From Licmophora abbreviata (lineage: Eukaryota), in the NCBI GenBank assembly GCA_900291995.1, contig OLMU01003016.1, positions 1-42,164 of the forward strand: a DNA stretch of 42,164 nt, read 5' to 3'. The translations under genes and the position numbers were made by a program. The notes beneath the pieces were generated by a model. The model saw nothing but the letters and a program-made list of their open reading frames with translations. It did not search any database and was not told the origin of the DNA. Positions 9,619 to 20,400 of the stretch are shown one piece after another (position 1 is the first letter of the stretch; each line of letters starts with the position of its first letter).

Positions 9619-12176
9619 ATGGTGCAATTACCTTTCATTTTGTTCATTCTAGTGATCGGGAGAGCAACCTTGTCAATAGCGACGATCGACAATGTGCTGG
9701 GCTTGACTAAATCTGACGAGTTGCGCACTCGAGCACTGCACGCCGAGGATGATACTTACTGGGACAGAATGCTTGAGGAAATCGAAAGTATGAGCGTGCC
9801 CACTGCCTCACCCCCTACTTCTTCTCCAAGTCAATTTCCGAGTCTTACTAGACAGACTGAATCCCCTTCCTTCGGTGCGACTTCCCCTCCTGTCATTGTC
9901 CCGAGCATGTCTCCCTCTTTCTTGTCCTCTGCACCACCGATCCACGTTCCCAGCACTTCTCCGAGCGCGGCGCCTTCCACGGCTGCTCCCTCAAATTCAC
10001 TTTCATCAAATCCATCTTCTGCTTCTTCCACCCCACCAAGTGACTCACTAACAAGAACGCCAAGCGCGGCGCCTTCTACAGCTGTTCCCTCAACGGCACC
10101 CTCATTGGGTCCATCTACTTTTTCGTCCTCCCAGCCAAGTGACACGTCAACTAACATGCCAAGCGTGACCGCTTCCCAGAGAGTTCCCTCAAGTTTGCCA
10201 TCATTTGTTCCATCCTTTTATCCTACCACCCAGCCTAGTGCGTCGCAAACAAACATGCCTTCCCTTTCTAAGTCGGCCAATCCATCGCCTGCTCTCTCGA
10301 ACGAGCCAACGTCGACCCCTACTACCAGTCCTACCAGAGCTCCCTCAATCAGTCCCACATCTGGACCAACTGTGATACCGACAAAAAATCCTTCAAACTC
10401 TCCAACCATTTTCCTGAGCGAGAATCCAACCACGAATCCTTCATCCGCTCCCACCTCGTCCTTGACAGACAATCCAGCTGGGACCCCGTCGCGAGCTCCA
10501 AGCCGCCTTCCCAGCCAGTTGCCCAGCTCCCTTTCAAGCGCGTCACCGTCGGATATACCTTTCTGTCAGCTCGACCTTGCCATCGAATGCGTCGACGAAA
10601 ATGGGACTCAGTGCGAGGATGTCGTTCCAGAGCCCGCTGTGTGCACGGAGCCCCCGGTCGAGCTGGTAATGGAATATTTCGGAGGGACTTGCGACCAGAA
10701 TGTAACCACCCAGCCTCCCTCTCTTTTTCTGTGCTTCGATTTTTCCGGAGGCCCCCCTATTGAAGGCGAAGCATACATAGAAGCGACAGATGCTCGAGGG
10801 TTCAACCTGACGTATTTTGCCGGAAATGTTGGGATTGGTGAACGATTTCTCTGGACAACGGAGGAGAGCCATTGCTGAGCGACACATCCATCATTGTCTA
10901 TGCCTCTGAAGGTGGCACCCCGCGACAGGTTGTCACATTTCATACGGGATGCGCCCAAAATCTGTTCCTGAAGGATCGCTATGGAGCTAACCAGGTAGTG
11001 GAATGGACGAATGAAGGCCAAGGGACTGTAAACTGCGTGAAGGATGTGACGTATAAGTACGCGACAGAGAACTTAGGCGGTACGGGAACAGATCTTTTCA
11101 CGCTCGTCAGTACTATCAATGGCAATCCTTTGAATTTGACAGATAGACTTGGGGATGCAGGGACTCTTGGCCCCGGTGAAGCTTTTACGGTTAACCTCAC
11201 GACTCAGATGGACTTTACAAACCGTCAAGCTTACGTCGTTACGGGTAACGTGACAGGAGGAGAAGACGAGTTTGGCAGTGTTTGTTCGGATTCCGAGCAG
11301 ATACAGTTTGAAGCGGGCAGTCCACTTCCGTCTAACATTCGTTCGTCGAGCACCTGGGCACCGTCGGCTTCGTCAGCACCAAGTATTGATCCCAAAGACA
11401 AAGCTTGCGTGCTCGAGGCGACGGTGGAATGTATGCTGACCAATGGTGTGCCGTGTTCAGTTCTGTCAACGGTTCCTCAAGAACATCGTGCGTGTACCGA
11501 TGCATCAATGGAACTCACTTGGCTTTACAGCGGAAGGAATTGCAATGAAACCGCGAGTCACACTGTTTCATGCATGGACACGTCTGGCGGGCCCGCAAAC
11601 ACGGAAGGCGATGTTTACGTAGATATTCGCGAATCTGAAGGAGCGAGGCGATATTTTGGGGGAAAGGTATCGTCTGGTGACACCGTCGTCGTGAGAAATG
11701 TCGACGATTCTCCTCTAATGGGATCGATCACTGTTGTAGTCTCAAGGGACAACGACATGGGCGAAGTTCTTCAGATGTCAACGTTCAGTATCACCTGCGG
11801 CCAATCAGAAGATCTCACTCTCGGCAGGAATATCGGGGCACTTGAACTCGTTGGGTATCGCAATTTAGATACGCTGGTTCAGGGTTTCGAGCATGTGCGC
11901 TGGGTTTACAGCGTTTCCAATATTGGAGGAATCGACGCCACAATACTGGCCATTCAAGCAATTCAAGACGGAGAAGATCTCGAGCTGTTGCCATTGCTAC
12001 TACCAGGGGAAGGGGAAGATATCCTAAGGGCTGGACATCAGACCTCTGTAGTAGTTGATGGCATACTGGATCTCGTGTCGCCTGGTATGTTGACGTCGCG
12101 GGTCACTGCCTTCGCTGAGGCCACAGGGGGTCTTCGATGCGACGATGACGACGAGACTCAATTTTCTTTGCTCTAA
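9619..12176 (+). CDS. Secreted mucin-like protein: signal peptide, Pro/Ser/Thr-rich stalk and two Cys-containing beta-rich modules; split by a 1-nt frameshift at ~10846-10850
   Basis: Hydrophobic N-terminus MVQLPFILFILVIG; about 240 aa of PS/PT repeats. Two homologous modules (CQLDLAIEC..G..C...C...ELVMEYFGGTC...C.DFSGGP...YF.G.V vs CVLEATVEC..G..C...C...ELTWLYSGRNC...C.DTSGGP...YF.G.V). Adding one T at tttct joins ORFs 9406-10878 and 10872-12176 as GERFSLDNGGEPLLSD. Confidence 0.8.
9961..10257 (+). repeat. Three 99-nt (33-aa) tandem units inside the P/S/T stalk
   Basis: Units begin at 9961, 10060 and 10159: PSAAPSTAAPS...PSDSLTRT / PSAAPSTAVPS...PSDTSTNM / PSVTASQRVPS...PSASQTNM. Confidence 0.8.
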
Positions 12177-12557
12177 GTTCAGAGGAGGGCCACGCGGACA
12201 TCACGACTGGCTCTTCATTTGTCCTGACCGAGTAGTATGGAATGTTTAGGGGTACCCCAATAGATAGTCGCAGTTACAATCGATTAGAATCGTTGTCGTC
12301 GAATGCGTGCGGATTCTACTCGCGGAGAGCAGACAGACCACAATCGCGTCTGGTCACGGCATCTCATCACCGCGACACGCGACACACCCACTTTATGTGC
12401 TGCCGTGTGTTGCGATCGTCATGCCGTAGGCTTCAAGAAGCGATCTTAATCCCTTTTTGCCGCCTTCCTGCTTATGTTACAGTCGTACCCGCTGCTGCGG
12501 CAGATTTGAAAGCGGCATCGATTCTTTAGAGTTCGAATGAGAACGCTCTGAAACAAT

Positions 12558-13070
12558 ATGGAGGGCCGGCCACCTACTGTTCCCGGCGGTGCAGAGTTGG
12601 TGTCGGGGATTGTGATACAGGGGACGATTGGCAAGTGTCTCGAGCAGGCACTGAAAGATGTAGTGTCTGAGTCTCTCGTACAAGAAGTTGAAACTAGTGG
12701 GGATCAGAATCAATCTTCACCCGATGAACCGACGCGGTTTGATCCAGACATGGCACATCTAGTGCTACAGGCGTTTGGAGATTCTGCTGCTAAAACAAAG
12801 TGGGTTGCAGGCCCTGACTCGAACAAGAAGCGCAAGGCTCCGCCCCGCGTTATTCTGCGAGGGTCGCTAGATCATTACAACAGGAGCGGTGATCGATGGA
12901 GAATCGTGGTGAACGACTCTGAGATCCGGCCACGAGCTTTTCTGAGGCGTAACACGCGCCGGAAACGACGAGACCGCTCCTCGATGTGGGAAGCTAGTGA
13001 AGAGCAACAACCAGATGCATCGCTCCGACTGCATGGGTCATTGATTTTGCTAGCGTATGGCGACAGCTGA
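12558..13070 (+). CDS. Divergent transcription initiation factor IIA gamma (small subunit)-like protein
   Basis: Ordered blocks TIGKCLEQALKDV, DPDMAHLVLQAFGDS, VILRGSLDHYNRSGDRWRIVVNDSEI and a terminal LILLAY parallel the TFIIA-gamma pattern (TIG..L...LD, LA..VL..FD.S, .KG.L..Y.....W.F...D, .KIVAC). By-eye match only. Confidence 0.6.
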   Translation: MEGRPPTVPGGAELVSGIVIQGTIGKCLEQALKDVVSESLVQEVETSGDQNQSSPDEPTRFDPDMAHLVLQAFGDSAAKTKWVAGPDSNKKRKAPPRVILRGSLDHYNRSGDRWRIVVNDSEIRPRAFLRRNTRRKRRDRSSMWEASEEQQPDASLRLHGSLILLAYGDS

Positions 13071-13174
13071 CAGTTCTTCTCTACACCTGTCTTTCGCGAC
13101 GATGATGGCAATATTACACTAGTGTGATTGTACTAGATACAGTTGCGGCTTTTCATTCTATCCTGTTTCCTCCG

Positions 13175-15796
13175 TTAGTCCGCAATATCTGACGACACCG
13201 ACGAAGAGTCGCTTCCACAAGAATCTTCCGCCAGTGTTGAGTCCATGCTGTCTCCACTTTGGTATTCCGAGTCCGCGGGAGGCCTGTAGCCGTCGCCGAG
13301 GTGAAGACCCCCTGCGAGACCTCCCGTACGACTCAGTTGTAATCGTTGCTGCTGTTGCATGCGATTCAAGGCCATTACCCGAGCAGCGGTAAAAGGTTCG
13401 TAATGAGATGGCGTTCCTGATCCAGAGTCGGAACCGTCACTTCGATCGGAAGCCGAGTCGTCTAAGGAAAAATCGTCGGACTCGGAGTCGTGGTCTGAAT
13501 TGGATGCCGACGATCTCTCCATCTGTAATTCACGCAACGCGAACAAACAAAAAGAGGTCAGGATAGAGGTCCAAACAAGATACAATGAGTCACGCATACA
13601 GTTGACTGCGCCACTGCCTCTTACCTCTGCGTCGGCTGGATCTCCAGTCGCTGGTCTCCCACTCCCTGTTGCGGGGTCGATGACAATGTTTCGAGGAGCG
13701 CTGCCCAACGGAACACCGGCGACGGCCGAGTGGTGCATTTGCAAGAGGTGCATATTATGGTTCAGATGCAAGCCAGCGTTGGTCGGACTGCCGGGGTCAG
13801 ATCCAGAGAATAGAATGGGTGACGGCGGCCTTGGGATATGAGAATGGCCATGGCCGTGTGCTTCAGGAGAGGACTCGCCAACCCCAGGTGGCGAATGATC
13901 TGATAAGTGGCGCACGAAGTTATGCCCGGGCATAGTTGCCGGTCCAACCACACCGAGACTCGGCGGAGGAGGCGAAGTCGTGATCCCTCGATTCGGCCCT
14001 CGGGCATCGCGATCCACGGCACCGTGTGGATCGTGTCCAATATGATCGAATTTATGTCGAAGCGATGCCCTTGCGGCTGCTTCAAGCTGCTCTCGAGTCG
14101 CTCCAGATGCGTCACTATTTTCGCCCCCCGACGGCGATGTGCCTTTCATCGTTTCTGAAGTCTTTCCCATAGTCGATTTTATCTTCTCCGGCGACGAACG
14201 TTTGGCGGCTACTTTTCTATCCACGTCCATTGAGGCTTCGTCTGATGACGACGACATGCGGCGTCGAAGCCTACGACTTCGATGTTCCGCGTCCAAGCGC
14301 CCACGTTCCTCGGCCAAAGCCGAGGACTCGCGATTCTGTTCGCAAGAAGAACAGAGCGTGAGAAGAAGCGATATCATGGCAGGTGCCAAAATGCGCGCTG
14401 AGCAATGAACGTACCTCACGTCTACTTTGGGAAGAACTGCCTCCCATAATACCGCCGAACGCGCTCGCAGGTGACGTAACAAGTTCTAGTTTCTCCAAAC
14501 AGTTGCATAGCTTGTGCGTTTGCGTATAATACTGCGAGTAGAAGAATGTCAATGGTATCCGGACGGTGAGTCAGCGCCACCAAAAAACACACTCCATAAA
14601 TGTAGAGCCGCTTTGGGACTTACCCGTTCTGGTGCAATTAGCACCTCCGCAATTCGCTGCACGGTAAACGGTGGCCCGTCAACACCTGCTGGTTTCTGTC
14701 CACTCAAACCAACCCCTGTTTTCCCGACCGAGGAAGTATGTCCATCACCGTCGAATCGCGCTAGCAGCCGCTTCCGACGTTGGGAAAATGTCGTTTCTGC
14801 CGATGGTACTGGAAGCTTGGCGAAACGTTCGTGGATACTCTTGTCAGCAGGGTCGACCCCGTTCTCTTCCACTTCAGCCTTGAGGGCAGCAACAGCAGCT
14901 TTGTTTATTCCTATTTCAACAGGCGATAGTTTGTATCCGCGGTGGTGATAGTAATGATCCAGTACGTATCCGAGAGCCACCCGAAAGGCTTCGCGTAGTG
15001 TCTTGTACTCAACGTCGGACGTCAGAAGTATCGACGATTGCGGTGTCAGCGGCGATGTCGACGATACCTGCAGAGCAGCCAATCGCCTTCTTTGCTCACG
15101 CCGTTCACCGAGACTGATTTCGCTATTTGAAGTAGCCGAAGTCCCTTCCGAATCCCATTCATATTGTGTCGAATCGTCCGGTTCACTCCCCGACGTCCTT
15201 CCACTCCCAATCGAACCAGCGACACTAGCAGTCGACGACGACGGTGTCCGAGTCAGATAGATCGGTCTCTTACGCCCATTAGGCAATCCGCCAATGGTGA
15301 TCGTCCTGGTTGTTCCATTGTCGGACGAATACCTCCTGCGGTTCACGTGCAAACCATTCCGATGTTTTTTTCGCGATGTTGATGCCGGTGTAGCTGCGCG
15401 GTAAGACGAGGAGGAGGAGGCGCCTCGCAATTGTGCCAGCAACTGTCGATTCCCGGTGGAAGCCACCGACGGTCGACTTGCCGCCGCTGTTGATGCAAGA
15501 GAGCGGGATTCTAGAGTCGGTCTACCAGCCTGAATCTCAACGTCGTCCCCATTCCATGACAACCACCCGCATGATCCCGTCTGAGCCACTTCGGTCAGAA
15601 TTCTTCTGAGATCGGATGAAAGAGGGTCTTTGCTCCCGGAGTCCTCCTTTTCATTTTCGCTGTTAGTTATGACCTTGGCTTCCGTCGCAGTCTCTTCCAT
15701 CGGGGTCATCGGTGCTGCCTGCGGCGGCGGGTGAGTGATGGACAGTGTTGGCGATGCAGGGGGCGGAGTCGGCGCAGACACGGACGCTGTAGCCAT
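13175..15796 (-). CDS. PPP4R2: Protein phosphatase 4 regulatory subunit 2 (PPP4R2)-like. Exons 15796-14624, 14531-14415, 14335-13625, 13522-13175
   Basis: Spliced core GPPFTVQRIAEVLIAPER|YYTQTHKLCNCLEKLELVTS matches the PPP4R2/Psy4 signature. N-terminal LRRILTEVAQTG..W helix, acidic Ser-rich tail, canonical GT-AG introns. Confidence 0.78.
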
Positions 15797-16438
15797 GTGG
15801 TTCTTTGTGGGTTGAGAACAGTGGTCCAATAGTCGAGTCAAACGATGTCCAAAAAATTCACCGCGATGGATCCATAGCTTCCTCTCGAACAGGCTTAAGC
15901 AGATTTCTGTTCGCGCCGTAGCAGTCGTGGTTTCCAAGGGCCTGTCTGTCGACGCTTTGGCAAGGTCTTGGGTCGCTCTACTTTTTTGCGGCTTGCGCTT
16001 GGGCCCTTACGATTGTAGATTGATATGTTTCTCTTCTTGGAGGACGAAAGAGAATAGAGGCAACGCCAACAATGACTTTCAAGAGATTCGTTCGCTTTTG
16101 TGCTCTGTGCAGGGTCTTGTGTGCGTGCCTTCGTCCGGGTCGCGTCTTTCGGGTTCTTGGTAGAGTCGCAGCCAGCCCGGTCATCAGCCAACCAGCGCTG
16201 TTGCCGTGCTTTTTGCTCGCGAGAGGTTCTCGCATTTTGAGAGGCCTTTTCTGAGCTCCACGTGGAATACAGATCAACAGAACGGACAAATGATCATAAA
16301 TAGGAAACGTCCTTTGTTAGTAAGCGGTATCTGTCCTTGCGGCGCGCCAAAACGAAGACACATTCTCTTCGCTCGCGTCGAACAGGCACAACAACCACGC
16401 TGTCAGCAGACAGCAGCCACTACCCTGATCACAACCAG

Positions 16439-17116
16439 ATGTCCTTGTCTTCACCCACACTGCGATTTTCAGTGGGAAGCTCTGTTGCTCCCGGAGACCG
16501 CCTCGGAAGCATTCGCCAGATCACACCTGGTTCAGGAACTTATTCACGAGGTGGCCATGTCTACTCCAGTGTGGTCGGAAAACTGAATCTGCAGGATACA
16601 GCAGGCGGCGACGGTGCATCAGAGTCTGCCTCGTCGGTATTGCCGATCGTATCCATACAGTTATCAGGCGGTCATCAGATTGCTTCTTCCAAGGTTTTAT
16701 TCGTTGGACAATTGGCATTGTGCAGAGTAGCGCGAATCTTGATGCAACAGGCTGTCGTGCAAATTGTCGCGGCGGAGGGGGTTGGTGCCTTGCCACATGC
16801 TCACGAAGGAGCCATCCGACGAGAAGATGTCAGGTCAGCGGCGTCGGAAGAAATGCAGCTCGTGGATTCCTTTCGGCCCAAGGATATAGTGCTGTGCAGA
16901 ATACTGTCTCTGGGTGACTCGCGACGCTACTTCTTGTCAACGGCGGAAGCTGAATTGGGAGTTGTGCGGGCCAAGTCGGCGTCGTCGGAGTGTGTCATGA
17001 AACCTGTCAGTTGGAAGGAAATGGAATGTCCAAAAACTAAAGTGAAGGAGCCCAGGAAGTGTGCCAAGCCAATCAATCTTGCAGAACTGTTGTCCATAGC
17101 GCCTACATTATCATAG
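16439..17116 (+). CDS. CSL4: Exosome complex component CSL4 (EXOSC1)
   Basis: VAPGDRLG...PGSGTY...VYSSVVG N-domain; S1 domain GAIRREDVR...SFRPKDIVLCRILSLGDSRRYFLSTAEAELGVV; zinc-ribbon M.PVSWKEMECPKT..KEPRKCAK. Confidence 0.93.
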   Translation: MSLSSPTLRFSVGSSVAPGDRLGSIRQITPGSGTYSRGGHVYSSVVGKLNLQDTAGGDGASESASSVLPIVSIQLSGGHQIASSKVLFVGQLALCRVARILMQQAVVQIVAAEGVGALPHAHEGAIRREDVRSAASEEMQLVDSFRPKDIVLCRILSLGDSRRYFLSTAEAELGVVRAKSASSECVMKPVSWKEMECPKTKVKEPRKCAKPINLAELLSIAPTLS

Positions 17117-17432
17117 CTAAGAACAAGGATGGAACAACGGCTGCGATAGCCTGTGTCGTAGCGAGAATATCATACTGCTACTTGTTTTTGTATCGGAGCA
17201 CTCTGGGTTCTGGTAGCACGATAGGCCGATGAGGAAAAGAGACTTTCTACAGCCAATACATGCAGCTTGCTCCTGGTCCACGCTGCTGTCATTCCGCATG
17301 TTGGAGAAGCGAATGCATCGTTGTCGCCTGAACAGGGACAAAGATATCATACAACGTGACATCATCAACATTCCAAATTTCTGTGTCGCACTTTCCGCGT
17401 CATTCTTTGACGTTTCTAGTTCTATGTTGACG

Positions 17433-20400
17433 ATGGGAAAGAGCAGCAGCGCTCCCCCTCGCGTTGGCGATCTTGTTTGGGTCCGCACGGGTCGCGGATC
17501 TCACGAGGAGCCTGCCAAAGTATTGGAATTGAAATGTGAATTTGAAGATTCCAGAGACGGCGTTCTGGTTCAGTTGACCGTATCCGACTTTCAGGCTGTC
17601 TATCCCAAAACTTGCCTCCGACCTTGCTTCTCCACAGATGGACGCCCAAAACGATCGTCACGATCCTCCTCTCCAGTCGACACAGTATCGAATGTGGCGA
17701 AGAAACCAAAGGCGAGTCGGCAAGCTGTAACTCCATCCCCAACCGTCAGTGTTAATCCCAACGACGACAAGAAAATGAAGGCCAAGCGAAAGTTTGTCGC
17801 GGAGAAGGCTGCCGACGCCAAAAAGACCAAGAAGAAGGGTGGGAACAAGAAAGCGACGCCTACCTCCCCTTACTTTGAGAAGAAGAAAGAGGAACCTCCA
17901 TCTCCAAAGGTTCCAGTGGAACGCAAGCCCTCTGCAGTTGCAAAGAACAAACCGGCCAAGCAGGCCGTCGCTGCTAGATCGGACTCTCCATCTGCTGCTT
18001 CAATTGCTTCGGGCGTTGAGAGTGGCGCTAGTAGCTCGGAAGACGAAGACGACGACGATGAAAACGATCGTCCCTTCAAGGTAGAATACAGTGTTACAGG
18101 AAGAGCAAAGTGCCGAAGATGTGACGAATCGATTGCGAAAGGTTCCCTTCGAGTCGCGCATGCACCTCTATTTCGAGGAAAGGTAAGCCCGCGTGGCATG
18201 GCTTTTGGAGGCCTACGTTCGGGCGCGTTGGCCTTTTTGCTCTAACATTGGATGTCCTGTCACTCTCATCTTGCGCTATGGCAGCCTGGGTTTACCGTCT
18301 ACCACCACCTTGAATGTTCAATATTCTCCGAGGAAGTTAATGCCGCGGAGGACGTGGGCGGTTGGAAGAAACTCAAACCTGAGGATTACGAACGCCTTGC
18401 TCTTCGCGTGGAAGAAAGCAAACTTGAATGGGCGCAAGAAGCTGAGGAGGTGGAACCTGATGAACTTGTCCCGGTGACGTTCCAGGGCGAGACTCGCTCC
18501 GCACCAAAGGGGCTGACAGCGAACCTTCTCCCGTTTCAAGTTGAGGGCGGGTCTTGGATGTACCACCAAGAAGTCCAAGTTCCATCACTTCGCGGTGGCA
18601 TCCTCGCCGATGAGATGGGAATGGGGAAAACGGTCCAAACTATCGTCACCATGCTAGATAATCGCCCCTTGCTACAGCACAGCAAGCCGGGATCGAAACA
18701 CCCTCCGAGCGGTAACGACATTGAACAGAGGAAGGCAGAAGAACAACTTTGGGATACTGGGCGAGATGATTGGAAAGAAGAAATGAAGATGCTCAGTGTT
18801 CCACCCTCGCTTCAGCCGAAAGCACGGGGTGGCAAGGCGGGGGGAGGGGCCCGCGCAGGCACTCTTGTCATTTGCCCCGTCATCGCTCTCTCCCAATGGA
18901 AGTCTGAAATTGAAAAGTTTTCCGAGCCTGGAGTGTTGTCCGTTGGCACTTATCATGGACCAAAGCGCTCGTCGGAAACCCCGCGAGAGTTATTGCGAAA
19001 GTACGACGTCGTGCTGACGACCTACCAGGTGCTTGAAGCGGATTTTCGGAAGATGACGTCTCCCAACAAGGTTCGCTGTCCGAATTGTGGCGGGAAGTAC
19101 AAGGTTAGTAGTAATGTATGGTGCTCTTTCGCTTGCGCGGCAATAGCTGGACTTTCATTTCATCGCTGAACTATATTACGCCACCTCTATACCTTTGCTT
19201 ATCTTGAAGGTGGACAAACTTCGAGTCCATCTGAAATACTTCTGCGGCGAAGCAGCCGAGCGCACCGAGGCGCAGGCCCGCCAGAGACGGAATCGCGACG
19301 GTGGCAATCGGACTGAGCCACGAGGTGGTAACGGTGGCTCAGGTAACAAAAAGATGAAAAAAGGGAAAGCCCCCGCGAAGGCTAGAGTTGATATCAAGAC
19401 CGCGTCGAAGAAGAGTGTCGTTCGTGTCAAGAGCACCAAGGATTACGACTCCGAGAGTGAACTGTCTGAAGTCGAGACTCCAGTGAGTAGAGGCCGTCCA
19501 TCCAGATCGGCAGCTACCGCGGCTTCCAAGCGGTTGTCAAAGTCAAAGTCAGAATGGGCGTATGCGGCGATTAGTGATTCAGAGTCGTACGATGAGAGCA
19601 GCGCAGAATCTGACGACAGCTCAGACTCGAGCGTGGCTCCACGGAAGAGAGCGGCTGCATCTGGGAAGCGGAAAGCTGTTAGGAACTCGTCCTCTAGTGC
19701 GAACGAAAGTGACAGCGACGGCTTCGAATCAGAAAGCCCCGCCTTGCGACGAGCATTACAAAAACAGCAGGCGGCACTGTCGCAAGCAAAATCGCCGAAA
19801 GGAAAGAAGGGCGCCCCGGGTAAGAGGAAGAAACCAGCTGGAAAGCAAGGACACGGCAAGAAGGGAGGAGTGAAGAAAGGGAAAAAGAAGTCATACTCAA
19901 GTGCGTCCGAAGATAGCTCAAGCGACGATGAGAAGCGCGACCCGATGGAAAATATTGACATGGACAAGCTCATGCAGGAAGCTATGGAAGGATCTCAGAT
20001 GAGCGTTCTGCATAGCTTGTGTTGGTGGCGCATCGTTCTAGACGAAGGTATGTTATGATCAACGTTGTCTTGACGCGCCTCTACAGTGCAATCAATCTCA
20101 TGTGCTCGATGCTGATTCTCGAATGAAGCCCACATGATCAAGTCTAGGAGCAGTCAGACTTCAAATGCGGCTTTTGCGCTGATTGGCATCCATCGTTGGT
20201 GTTTATCGGGCACCCCACTGCAGAATCGAGTGGGCGAGTTCTACTCCTTGATTCGGTTCTTACGAATTGATCCTATGGCTCATTATTTCTGTCGCGCAAA
20301 GGGATGCGACTGCAAGAGTCTGCACTACCGCATGATGAACGGAAAGTGCCAAGGTTGCGGTCATGGATCCGTTCAGCACTTTTCGCATTTCAACAAACAC

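Noticed and set aside
15895..16438. Several short overlapping ORFs between PPP4R2 and CSL4
   Set aside because: No motifs; the region is best explained as a bidirectional promoter plus 5' UTRs.
17229..17423. Upstream extension of the RAD16 first ORF
   Set aside because: Lies only ~110 bp after the CSL4 stop and is not protein-like; probably promoter/5' UTR.
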